A DNA stretch of 64,000 bases, taken from Micrococcales bacterium. Lineage in GTDB: Bacteria; Actinomycetota; Actinomycetes; Actinomycetales; WQXJ01. This document shows positions 29,335 to 38,800 of the stretch, one piece after another (position 1 is the first letter of the stretch; every line of letters starts with the position of its first letter). Below the pieces are notes generated by a model. That model searched no databases. It worked only from the letters and a program-made list of their open reading frames with translations, and had not been told where the DNA came from. The DNA is taken from positions 3,193 through 67,192 of the forward strand of contig WQXJ01000004.1 in NCBI GenBank assembly GCA_009784895.1, read 5' to 3'. The position numbers and the translations under genes were made by a program.

Positions 29335-30014
29335 TCCTGCCGAACTGAAGTCGCCGCCATCGCGCCTGCTACCCCAAGCAAGGCACCGATGAGTATGGCC
29401 GCTCCACCCAGACCAACCAGCTTTGCCATCACCACCCCGCCGGCCGCGACCAGGGCGGCTAACACGGTCCCAAACGACCGCCGCTGCATCAACAGCAGGC
29501 AGATGAAGATTGACGTCATGGCGAAGGACGCAATCGGCAAAGGGATGTCCAGGGCATTACCAACAAAAACCCCGGCCACGCAGCTGGCCGTCCATGAGGT
29601 CTGCGAAAACAAATTGACCAGTGTGGCCCGTCCCACCGACCACTCTCGCGACGCAAATTGGTGGGTGTTCACGCCAAAGCTTTCGTCGGTCACACTGGCG
29701 GCAAACAAGTAGGTCAGTCGCTTGTCGGTGTTTTGGCAGTGCCGTGCCAAGGACACGCCGTAAAGAATTTGCCGGGTGTTGACCAGCGAAACACTTGCCA
29801 CAATCGAAGCGATCGGATTGGCCGCGATCCACATATTCGGGATCATGAACTGCCCGGCGCCGGAATAGAACAAGACCGCCAGGAGCAGCACCTGCAGGGC
29901 GTTCATGCCGACTGACGCGCTCAGCACACCGCAGGGTATGCCAATCACCAAATAACCGAGCATCACCGGTAGGGCCGCGCGCAGCGACTGCGATAGATGC
30001 TCCCGTTTCGGCAC
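29322..30014 (-). CDS. azlC: AzlC family branched-chain amino acid transport permease
   Basis: 230-aa polytopic protein with the ...LPVMLGYLVIGIPCG...LFYSGAGQFM... pattern of AzlC. Confidence 0.8.
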   Translation of the reverse strand: MPKREHLSQSLRAALPVMLGYLVIGIPCGVLSASVGMNALQVLLLAVLFYSGAGQFMIPNMWIAANPIASIVASVSLVNTRQILYGVSLARHCQNTDKRLTYLFAASVTDESFGVNTHQFASREWSVGRATLVNLFSQTSWTASCVAGVFVGNALDIPLPIASFAMTSIFICLLLMQRRSFGTVLAALVAAGGVVMAKLVGLGGAAILIGALLGVAGAMAATSVRQEWRS

Positions 30015-30263
30015 GAAACGCCATCCTAGTTTGCGCCAACCCTTGAGGGGCGCGTTGTCGCCAAGGCATTTTTGGCCGGTCGTTGCGCCAGCCTTGGCCG
30101 ATGGCGCCGGCCAGTTGGCTTTCGGGCGGGGTCACCCGGTGGGCGGGGGTGGTAGGCACTAACGTAGGTGGCGGCTTGGTCGCGCAGAGCGAGCCAAGGC
30201 GGACCAGCACGGCGAAGATCCCCTCGCCGCAGGTCGAGTGCCAGGACAAACAAGGAGAAAACA

Positions 30264-31124
30264 ATGCAGCAACGGAAAATCGGCGACTTCTCGGTTGGCG
30301 CCATCGGGTTGGGGGCCATGCCCATGTCCATTGAGGGACGACCCGAGCCTGAACAGGCCATTCGCACCATCCACGCGGCCTTGGATGCCGGTGTCCGGCA
30401 CATCGATACCGCCAACTCTTACCACCTGAACGCGGGCGAAGTTGGGCACAACGAGCGTTTGGTCGCCCGGGCCCTGGCCTCGTGGACCGGCAACGTTGAC
30501 GAAGTATTGCTTGCCACCAAGGGCGGACACCTCAGGCCGGGCGACGGCAGCTGGACCCAGAATGGCGATCCAAGCTACCTGGTGGCGGCAGCCAAACAGT
30601 CAGCCCGCGACCTTGGAGTCGAGTCGATTGGTCTGTATTACTTCCACCGCCCCGACCCTGCCGTGCCATATGAGGATTCGCTCGGTGCGTTAACTCAACT
30701 CCTCCAAGAAGGAGTCATTCAGCAAGCCGGCATCTCCAACGCCTCGGTCGAACAAATCCACCAGGCACAAGCAATTGTGGGCCCTCAAATGGTGGCCGTC
30801 CAAAACGAATTCTCGCCGGCCTACCGTTCGACCCTGGACACGCTGCATGAATGTGCTCGCCTGGGTATTGCCTTCCTGCCGTGGAGTCCGCTTGGCGGAA
30901 TCAGGTCGGCTAAGTCGTTTGGCGCGACCCATGGCGTCTTCCAGCAGGTTGCCGCCGCGCACGGAGTTTCGCCACAACAGGTTGGATTGGCCTGGTCGTT
31001 GGCCCAGGGGCCGCATGTAATCCCGATCCCCGGGGCATCGCGGCCTGAAACCATCATGGACTCGGCTTTGGCGGCAGATTTGGTTCTGACCGACACTGAG
31101 CTGGCGTTATTGGACGCCGCCTAG
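30264..31124 (+). CDS. Aldo/keto reductase
   Basis: MQQRKIGDFSVGAIGLGAM, IDTANSYH, LATKGG and IPIPGASR motifs. The ATG at 30264 is preceded by aaggagaaaaca; the ORF opening at 30168 is Arg-rich and unlikely. Confidence 0.88.
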   Translation: MQQRKIGDFSVGAIGLGAMPMSIEGRPEPEQAIRTIHAALDAGVRHIDTANSYHLNAGEVGHNERLVARALASWTGNVDEVLLATKGGHLRPGDGSWTQNGDPSYLVAAAKQSARDLGVESIGLYYFHRPDPAVPYEDSLGALTQLLQEGVIQQAGISNASVEQIHQAQAIVGPQMVAVQNEFSPAYRSTLDTLHECARLGIAFLPWSPLGGIRSAKSFGATHGVFQQVAAAHGVSPQQVGLAWSLAQGPHVIPIPGASRPETIMDSALAADLVLTDTELALLDAA

Positions 31125-31663
31125 ACCAGGCCGAAGGCCAAAACCACCCCGCCGAAGCCAACAAACACGCCAAACTCGGCGTACAAAAGGTTCCTGGCCA
31201 GCAGCTCGCTGCGGTACAACGCCAGCAGAACCAACATGAAAGCCGCGTAGGCGGCTGTCACTCCGATCAGCCAGCCTGTCCCCCGCAGCCAGGCTTGCGC
31301 CACCAACAAATACGACAAGATGAAGCAGCCGGCCACCGCCCGCCAGGCCGCCCGCCGGTGAACCCGAACCCGCCAGCCGGAGGTGTGTGGAATCAGCGCG
31401 GCCACCACCACGAGGACCTGGATTGCGCTGATCAACAGGCAGTTCACCAGCCAGAGGCGCGACTGGCCGTAGAGCACCTGCCACACATAGAGCGCCAGCG
31501 CCAGATTGGCCGTGGTCTCGACAACCGCGAAGACCACCACCGAGGCCCGGCGCATAGCCACATGGCGCGAAATGGTGATTGTCCGGTCCCAACCGGCGAC
31601 CGCTGATAGCACTACACAAACCACAGTCGGCACAACCACCGCCGCCAGCGCCAGCCAAAACAC
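31121..31663 (-). CDS. Hypothetical integral membrane protein
   Basis: 180-aa ORF with about 5-6 hydrophobic helices. No recognisable family motif. Confidence 0.45.
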   Translation of the reverse strand: MFWLALAAVVVPTVVCVVLSAVAGWDRTITISRHVAMRRASVVVFAVVETTANLALALYVWQVLYGQSRLWLVNCLLISAIQVLVVVAALIPHTSGWRVRVHRRAAWRAVAGCFILSYLLVAQAWLRGTGWLIGVTAAYAAFMLVLLALYRSELLARNLLYAEFGVFVGFGGVVLAFGLV

Positions 31664-31749
31664 CGTTCAAGCTTAGGACCTGCCGGACAAGGCTCACCGG
31701 TGAGCGCGGCGCCAACGGACTACCCGGCATCGGCGCAGGCGTGCTGCAA

Positions 31750-32409
31750 TCAAGTCGAGGAAGGCGCAGACGCCACCACCACGCAGACGGCACCTTTCTT
31801 CAAGGCCAGGCCAGCCTCGAGACCAAGACCGCGCAGCTCTTCGACCAGCCCCTGGGGGCTTAGTAGCCGCTCCCGGAACCGTGCCAGCCGCAGGAATGCG
31901 TTCACCGGCGCGCGTATCACCGCGGGAATGACTGGTTCCGCCAGGTAGACCTTGCCTCCAGGCCCCAGGCTTCGTTTGGCCTCGTTGACAAAACCGGCCC
32001 GGTCATCGAAGTGGTGGTAGGCCAGGCAAGCGACGATCCCGTCGACTGAAGCATCCTCAACGGGCAGGGCGCCGCAGGAGCCCGCCAGGATCTCCATATC
32101 CGGGCAAGCGGCCCGGGCCACCCGGACCATGGCAGCCGACGGGTCCACGCCAATCCCCGTGATCCCAAAGCTCCGTTCCAGCTGGGCTAGCAGCCGGCCA
32201 GTGCCGCAACCGACATCGAGCACGCGGTCGCCCGGCCTGAGGTTGGGGCCGGCAACGCGGATCAAGGCTCGGTAATAACGGTCAGCCAGCCTCCCCTTGC
32301 GGCCGGCATCGTATTGGTCCGCCCCGGCCGAAAAGTCGATGGCCCGGCTGGCGTGGTGGCGGCGCCCCCAATGCCGGTGCGCTCTCCGGTTGGCCTTAGG
32401 CTGTGGCAT
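31750..32409 (-). CDS. Class I SAM-dependent methyltransferase
   Basis: Motif I VLDVGCGTGRL. Start uncertain, with in-frame Met codons at 32469, 32439 and 32409. It lies downstream of the CDF gene on the same strand. Confidence 0.75.
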   Translation of the reverse strand: MPQPKANRRAHRHWGRRHHASRAIDFSAGADQYDAGRKGRLADRYYRALIRVAGPNLRPGDRVLDVGCGTGRLLAQLERSFGITGIGVDPSAAMVRVARAACPDMEILAGSCGALPVEDASVDGIVACLAYHHFDDRAGFVNEAKRSLGPGGKVYLAEPVIPAVIRAPVNAFLRLARFRERLLSPQGLVEELRGLGLEAGLALKKGAVCVVVASAPSST

Positions 32410-33412
32410 TGGGCACCTCCGCGGGTTTGGCTTTGACATGGACGATGGCGCTGTCCAGTTCCGGAACACCGTTCAGCACCGTAGCGGCGAGGTGATCAGA
32501 CAGGTCACTGGCCTGACCCAGTGTCAGGTTGGGATTGGTGACCACCGTTGCCTCGGCGGTCAGTTCATGGCCAAGCCAGCGAGCTCTAACAGTTCCGTTT
32601 TCGGTACCGGTTTCCTGGTTCAGGATCGCCTCGATCGATTCCACCAGGGCCGGATCGACTCCATCCATTATTCGCCGCAGCACATCGCGGCCTGCCCCGA
32701 AGAACACCGCCGCAATGGCAAGCGCGATCAGCAAGCCAATAATCGGATCGGCCAGGGGTAATCCCAGCCAGACCCCGAACGCGCCCAGAGTCACCGCCAG
32801 TGAAGTAACGCCGTCAGTCCGGGCGTGGTAGCCGTCGGCTACCAGTGCGACCGACCCGATCCGGCGGCCCACCCGAATCCTGTACCGAGCCACCAGCTCG
32901 TTGCCCAAACAACCCACCAGGCCCGCGCCTGCGACCCACCCAAGGTGGGTCATCACCTGCGCATTCGACAGCCGCTCAATCGCCTGCCAAGCGGCGATCA
33001 CAGCGGACAGACCAATCATGACGACAATCAGCAGCCCGGCAATATCCTCGGCCCGGCCGTAGCCATAGGTGAACCGCTTGGTGGGGCGGCGCCTGGCCAA
33101 GACAAAAGCGATCCAAAGTGGCACGGCTGTTAGGGCGTCGGAGAAGTTGTGCAAGGTGTCGGCCAGGAGGGCCGCAGACCCAGAAAGGAACACAACGACC
33201 AATTGGGCCAAGGCAGTGGCCATCAACCAGGCCAGCGACACTTTGACGGCCCGGATGCCCTCGGTCGTTTTCGTCAGAGGGTCGTTTCGGGGCGTAGAGA
33301 CGGCGTGTGAATGTGGCCTGATGCGATGACCGAGTCGATGCCACCGGCCGCCGTGGCCGTGCTTGCGGCCTGGCCTGCCTGGCCGGGCCTCGGCTGCTAA
33401 ACCGCCGGTCAT
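32396..33412 (-). CDS. Cation diffusion facilitator (CDF) family metal efflux transporter
   Basis: His-rich N-terminus (HGHGGRWHRLGHRIRPHSH), LLADTLHNFSDALT, and TM domains followed by a C-terminal cytoplasmic domain. The start overlaps the arsR stop (ATGA). Confidence 0.85.
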   Translation of the reverse strand: MTGGLAAEARPGRPGRKHGHGGRWHRLGHRIRPHSHAVSTPRNDPLTKTTEGIRAVKVSLAWLMATALAQLVVVFLSGSAALLADTLHNFSDALTAVPLWIAFVLARRRPTKRFTYGYGRAEDIAGLLIVVMIGLSAVIAAWQAIERLSNAQVMTHLGWVAGAGLVGCLGNELVARYRIRVGRRIGSVALVADGYHARTDGVTSLAVTLGAFGVWLGLPLADPIIGLLIALAIAAVFFGAGRDVLRRIMDGVDPALVESIEAILNQETGTENGTVRARWLGHELTAEATVVTNPNLTLGQASDLSDHLAATVLNGVPELDSAIVHVKAKPAEVPNATA

Positions 33413-33807
33413 GACGGGTTGTCACCTTCGACGGCCGGGGCGGCGGCGTCATCGACGTGGTGGGAGGGAACACCGGGCATGGCGTGTTCAGCGTTTTGGA
33501 CAGCGTCGGTGACCAACCGCTCAACGTGGGCGTTTTCGAGACTGTAGTAGATCCTGGCGCCGTCCCGACGGGCTCTTACCAAACGCGCCATGCGCAGTTT
33601 GGCTAGATGCTGCGAGACGGACGGCTGTGGCTTGCCCACAACCCCGGCCAGGTTGGAAACCGTCAGTTCGCCGCCGGTCAAGGCCCACAACAGCCGGATA
33701 CGTGTCCCGTCTGCCAGCAACCGGAAGACCTCGGCCGTCAAACTAGCCAGATCATCATCCAGGCGGGTTCGGCCGTCCCCGGCGGGCGGACATTCGTTCA
33801 TGCGCAT
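33409..33807 (-). CDS. ArsR/SmtB family metalloregulator
   Basis: wHTH segment LADGTRIRLLWAL..GELTVSNLAGVVGKPQPSVSQHLAKLRMARLVRARRDGARIYYSL. Confidence 0.88.
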   Translation of the reverse strand: MRMNECPPAGDGRTRLDDDLASLTAEVFRLLADGTRIRLLWALTGGELTVSNLAGVVGKPQPSVSQHLAKLRMARLVRARRDGARIYYSLENAHVERLVTDAVQNAEHAMPGVPSHHVDDAAAPAVEGDNPS

Positions 33808-33815
33808 ATGCTAAC

Positions 33816-34232
33816 ATGACTATTGTGGATGCGCACAAGACCCAGATTCGGGCTTACCGACCCAAGGATGAAGACGCCCTCTTCCGGCTGATACAAGGCG
33901 AAGGCGCCGAGTGGCAAGACTATTGGCGGGGCGCCAACCGGCAGAAGTACGCCAAGGCATTGGCATCGTCTATCGTCTACCTGCTCTTCGCAGGGGACGA
34001 ACTCGCCGGCTACGCCCGCTGCCGCGACGACTCCGGCTATGGCGTCTACATCCTCGACCTGCTGGTTGACCAAAAACACCGCGGACTTCACTACGGCCAA
34101 AGCCTGATTGAACAGGTCCGCGGCGACCATCCCGGGGTCGAGGTCTACATCACCAGTGACGTCGATCCGTACTACCAGAAGCTGGGCTACCAAGTAGTCG
34201 GCACTCTCTTCGCAGTCCCCCGCAAGCCGTGA
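33816..34232 (+). CDS. GNAT family N-acetyltransferase
   Basis: 138 aa with the acetyl-CoA motif LLVDQKHRGLHYGQSLIE. Confidence 0.75.
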   Translation: MTIVDAHKTQIRAYRPKDEDALFRLIQGEGAEWQDYWRGANRQKYAKALASSIVYLLFAGDELAGYARCRDDSGYGVYILDLLVDQKHRGLHYGQSLIEQVRGDHPGVEVYITSDVDPYYQKLGYQVVGTLFAVPRKP

Positions 34233-34295
34233 GGCACCAGTCCGGTCCGGGAGCCGGCATCGGCCAAGAGCACCCACCGGAAGCACTACCAGCTG

Positions 34296-34312
34296 CTATC
34301 ATTTGCATGCAA
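34296..34312 (+). promoter_or_regulatory. Candidate -10-like hexamer plus a perfect 10-bp palindrome upstream of the RelB/DinJ-MazF operon
   Basis: TATCAT (34296-34301) and TTGCATGCAA (34303-34312) lie directly upstream of the AGGAGG (34321-34326) and ATG 34332. TA operons are typically autoregulated at such sites. Confidence 0.3.
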
Positions 34313-34331
34313 TCGTTAGCAGGAGGCCACA

Positions 34332-34577
34332 ATGAGTACCGTTCAGCTTGCCACGAGGGTCGAAGAGTCTCAGGACCGGCTCTTTCGGGAAACCACCAAG
34401 CAGCTGGGAACAACCCCGGCAGACGCTATGCGTATGTTTGTGGCTGCTTTTAACCAGCACCGCGGCTTCCCTTTCGACGTGCGCCTCGACCGGAGTGTCG
34501 AGTTGCTCGAGACCGAGGAGGACGCCGTTGAATTCGCCTCCCATCTGTCTCGGAAGGTGCTCAATGAAGCGAGGTGA
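34332..34577 (+). CDS. RelB/DinJ family antitoxin
   Basis: VQLATRVEESQDRLFRETTKQLGTTPADAMRMFVAAFNQHRGFPFDVRL matches the RelB/DinJ ribbon-helix-helix pattern. Strong AGGAGG RBS. Confidence 0.8.
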   Translation: MSTVQLATRVEESQDRLFRETTKQLGTTPADAMRMFVAAFNQHRGFPFDVRLDRSVELLETEEDAVEFASHLSRKVLNEAR

Positions 34578-34914
34578 CATTTGGACCCTCCATGACGGGC
34601 GATACGCGTCAAAGGCCCGTCCAGTGGTCCTAGTGCAACACGACTTTGCGGGTTTCGACTCGGTGATCGTGTGCCTACTCACGTCGTTCAACCGAAGAGG
34701 GACACCGTCGCGCGTTTCGGTGGAACCCACTCCGACAAACGGACTGAACAAGACCAGCTACGTGATGGCAGACAAGTTACTCACCGTCAGTCAGGATGAG
34801 CTCGGCGACAGGGTCGGGAATCTGACCGACGAACAGGTGCATGAGGTGTCATGTTCGTTGGCAAGGGTGCTCGCCATTGGCCGGAGCCAAGCACAGCCCG
34901 ATCCGTCTGACTGA
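34564..34914 (+). CDS. PemK/MazF family toxin (endoribonuclease)
   Basis: MKRGDIWTLHDG...SKARPVVLVQHD...VIVCLLTS...NGLNKTSYVMADKLLTV. The ATG at 34564 overlaps the antitoxin 3' end by 14 nt. Confidence 0.8.
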   Translation: MKRGDIWTLHDGRYASKARPVVLVQHDFAGFDSVIVCLLTSFNRRGTPSRVSVEPTPTNGLNKTSYVMADKLLTVSQDELGDRVGNLTDEQVHEVSCSLARVLAIGRSQAQPDPSD

Positions 34915-34985
34915 TTCGACGATCAGTGTGAGCAAAGCACCCGGCCCGGCAGCCGGCATCGGGCAAGAAGCGCGCCGCCCGCGCC

Positions 34986-35723
34986 CTAGGTCAACCAGGC
35001 CACCAACCCCGCCAACAAAGGCGCCACGATCAGGGCAGGCAATAGGTCGCCGATCGGAACCTTCTTGATCCCCGCCAGCCGCACGCCCAAACCGAGCAGA
35101 ATAACGCCGCCTGTGACCGTCAGCGCATCGACGTAACCGATGGGCAAAAAGTCGCCCAACCAGAAGCCCAATAGCGTCAGCAACCCCTGGTAGATGGTCA
35201 GCGGGATAATCGAAGCCATCACGCCAATGCCAAATCGAGAAGCGAAGGCAATGGCGGCAAAACCATCCATGATGGCTTTGACAATCAGCTGTTCGGCGCC
35301 CGTTCCTAGGCCGTCAGAAATTGAACCCAAAATGGCCAGCGGGCCAACGCAGAAGATCAGGGTGGCTGTCACAGCGCCTTCGATAAAGGTGCTTTCATCA
35401 GCACGTTTGGCAACTTTGGTGCGCAGCCAGGCGGCCGAGCCATCCAGTCGTTGCTCAAGGCGTGCACCGGAACCAATCAGCCCGCCTACCAGCAATGCAC
35501 CCAAGACCACCAGCAGCCGGGCGTTGGCGCCAACCTCTTCCGCGAAGGCCGCCGACATCCCCGAAGCCACTGACATTCCGCCAATCACCAGCGTGACCAG
35601 GCCTAGGACCAGGGTGACTATGTCCCGGCTGCGCGCCGGCAGCCGGTGGCCCGCTGCCATGCCGATCAGGCTGCCAACGATCACCGTCGCCACGTTGATG
35701 GCCGTGCCCGCCCCGATGAACAT
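34986..35723 (-). CDS. DUF554 family membrane protein (YqgA/YdfK-like)
   Basis: Collinear with E. coli YqgA as recalled: MFIGAGTAINV..V..GSLIG...RLP ... ILGS..DGL.G ... LLGLG.RL.GIKK.P.GDLLPAL. Confidence 0.75.
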   Translation of the reverse strand: MFIGAGTAINVATVIVGSLIGMAAGHRLPARSRDIVTLVLGLVTLVIGGMSVASGMSAAFAEEVGANARLLVVLGALLVGGLIGSGARLEQRLDGSAAWLRTKVAKRADESTFIEGAVTATLIFCVGPLAILGSISDGLGTGAEQLIVKAIMDGFAAIAFASRFGIGVMASIIPLTIYQGLLTLLGFWLGDFLPIGYVDALTVTGGVILLGLGVRLAGIKKVPIGDLLPALIVAPLLAGLVAWLT

Positions 35724-35837
35724 GATCTACAGTCAACCACCGAGCCCAGGCCTGGCACCACAAGCCAATTGCCTGGTGGGATCATCTGGGTGGCCACTTG
35801 GCCCGGCCAAGGCCTGAACTCGCGTCATCGGCACGGC

Positions 35838-38800
35838 TCAGACCGGCTGTTCGGTTTCGGTAACCAGGCCGTTTTCGACCGCCAGACGGCCCTCTCTGAG
35901 CGCGCCCTCCAATACGCCGTCCAGCCGCTGGCGCGCCTCGGAGTCCATCTGGACGCCAAAAGCACTGGCGGTCCTGGCAAAGGTTTCGTCACGCCCCTTA
36001 CCTGGGTCACGGCACACGGCCTCGATCATGGCATTACGCAGCTCGTGGTACGGGATTTCGTCGAGCTGCCGCCTGTCACCCGGCACGCGGAAACCGGCGT
36101 AGCTGGGAGGGTCAACGCCAGCTGGCCAGGCGATTGAGTCGCCGTTTTGAGCGGCGTGGAGTAGCCCCACCGGCAGGGACTTGCGAAGGGACTTGCGCTG
36201 TTCATCGGTCATTTGCCCGATGCCGAAGCGCGCCGCCACGATCCGTATCAGCCGGTCAGCCACGACTGGGCCTTCTTCGCTGACCACCGCGATGGCGACC
36301 TGGCCTACCGGGCTGACCTCCTTTTTGGAACGGCTGACCATGTCCTCTGGTCGGTGGCCGGCCTGCTCGGCGGCGGCCTTGAAGACTAGGGTGTCAGCGG
36401 TTCGCTCTGGGCCCTCTAAGGCCTGTGGCACAGCGGAGTCGTGGTCAATGGCCGGGGTGGCGGTCGGGGGTTGCGCTGGATCTTGCGAACTGGGCTCTGC
36501 CTCGGCCACCGGTGGCGGTCCAAAGTCAGCCGGCATCGGCTGCAGAACCTCGGTCTCATGCGACGTGCCGGGGGCATGCGGAAGCTCGGTCTCGCGAGAA
36601 AGGGGCAGATCAGCTGGGGATGGCGGTGACACCTCGGCGTCATGCGAAAGCTCGGACTCGCGAGAAAGGGGCAGGTCAGTTGAGGGTTGATGCGGAAGCT
36701 CGGTCTCGCGGGAAACAGGCAGATCAGTTGGGGATTGCTGCGAAAGCTCGGTCTCGCGGGAAACAGGCAGATCAGCTGGGGATGGCGGTGGCACCTCAAG
36801 GTCATGCGAAAGCTCGGACTCGCGGGAGATGGGCAGATCGGTTGGGGATGGCTGTGACACCTCGGGGTCATGCGGAAGCTCGGACTCGCGGGAAACAGGC
36901 AGATCAGCTGGGGGTTGCTGCGAAAGCTCGGACTCGCGGGAAACAGGCAGATCAGTTGGGGGTTGCTGCGAAACCTCGGACTCGCGGGAAACAGGCAGAT
37001 CAGTTGGAGGTTGCTGCGAAACCTCGGACTCGCGGGAAACAGGCAGATCAGTTGGGGGTTGCTGCAGAACCTCGGACTCGGGGGGTAGGTCAAACCCAGC
37101 CGGCACCGGCTGCAGAACCTCGGTCTCGCGGGAAAGGGGCAGGTCAGTTGAGGGTTGATGCGGAAGCTCGGTCTCGCGGGAAAGGGGCAGATCAGTTGGG
37201 GGTGGCTGTGGAACTTCAGACTCGGGTAGTGGCTCAAAGTCAGCCGACATCGGCTGCGGAAGCTCGGACTCGCGGGAAACAGGCAAATCAGTCGGGGATG
37301 GCGGTGGCACCTCGGGGTCATGCGAAAGCTCGGACTCGCGGGAAATGGGTGGGGTCGGGTCGGGGTTGGTTAGTCTGACAATTGCCTCGACCTCGCTTTG
37401 CGGTGACTTCAGCCAGGCAGGCAGCCAAATCCGGTGGACCGCCAACCAATCGAGTTGCCCAGCCAAGATCCAAGCTGGCAGCCCGTCGCGATCGCCCACA
37501 CTGGGCCGCCTGGCCCAATTGGGCCCATCAAGCATGACCGCCACCCAAGACGGCGACCCCTCGCGCCTGACCGCCAAGTCGACCCGGAAGCTCGACAGCC
37601 CATAGTTTTCGACCACCTCTAGGCCAGCCGCCCTCAACGCCGCCGCCACCTGGTCCTGGTGCAAATCCTGAGGTGCTTTATCCGCCCCTACCAGCCAGCG
37701 CTGGCCGTGTTCGGCCGCCAGGAGGTAGTCCTTAAGGTGGGCCAGGCCCAGCGAACTCGAACCCGACAAGTCCCAACCAGTGGGGTCGAACGAGGTCAAA
37801 ACCACCACCTGGCGGCGAGCCCTGGTCACCGCTACGTTCAGCCACCTCTCGCCGTCCACCCGGGTCAGCAGACCCCAATTGGACGGCGCCCGTCCCTCGC
37901 CATCTGGCGCCACCGCCAAGGTCATAATGATGACGTCGCGCTCATCGCCTTGGACACTGTCCAGGTTCTTGACAAACAACGGCGCGTCGGTCCGGCTCAG
38001 GGCCGAATCAAGCCGGGCATCAGACACGCGTACCTCGTCCAGCAAATCCAGAATCAGATCGCGCTGCTGATCGCTGAACGCCACCACTCCAAAGGTCCAC
38101 TGAGGATGCGACGCCAGTTGATCGCGCAGCTCGTGCACCACGCCGTAGGCCTCAGACCGGTTGACACCACCCACCCCGGTAACGTCGTTTTCCCAAGTGC
38201 CAGTGACCCGCCGCAACACGACTCCGCGCGGCGCACCGGCATCGGCCGGAGGGCTGGGGAACGTCGCCAAACGCCCGCCGTAGTACTGGGTGTTGGAGAA
38301 GGCCAACAACGACTCATCGAGTGATCGATAGTGCCAGGTCAGGTCGAGCTTTGGCCAACCCAGCCGGGCCGCCTCGACCAGAATCGAGTCCTCGGCGGCC
38401 GGAACCAAGCTAGCCTCCTCCCGGCCAGAACTGGCCGGATCTGAGGCGTTCTGTTCAGCCGAAACTGAGCCAATTGAGGCCGGCGCTTGCTTCGAGTCCC
38501 CAACCACCACCACGGCCTGGCCACGCCCGGCGGCGCCAATCGCTTCCGGCACCCGGATCTGGGAAGCCTCGTCGAAGACGACCACGTCAAAGCCCTCAAG
38601 ATCGCCGGGCAAGTAGCGAGCCACCGAGGCCGGGCTCATCAAGAAACAGGGCACCAGCTTGCGCACCTCCTGTCCGCCAACCTCTAACAGTTGACGGAAG
38701 GTGAGCCCCCCTCGCCGCCGAGCCAGCTGAGAGAACAACTCGCCGATCTGGGCGAACGAAACATCGCCGTCAAAGTTGCGGGCCGCCACGATTCGGGCCG

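Noticed and set aside
29557-30264. A 235-aa minus-strand ORF overlapping azlC
   Set aside because: It is an alternative frame of the azlC gene and its upstream region, and has no family features. AzlC in the other frame is a coherent polytopic membrane protein.
31692-31705. The palindrome GCTCACCGGTGAGC between the methyltransferase stop and the membrane-protein start, as a terminator
   Set aside because: It would form only a 5-bp stem with a 4-nt loop, which is too weak to call. The genes may be co-transcribed.
36416-37378. Long ORFs in other frames across the repeat tract (317 aa on the plus strand, 301 aa on the minus-strand alternative frame, and several 60-110 aa ORFs)
   Set aside because: They exist only because a 48-bp repeat lacking stops is reiterated. 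They lie wholly inside the continuous 2,663-aa reading frame, which has recognisable domains on both sides.
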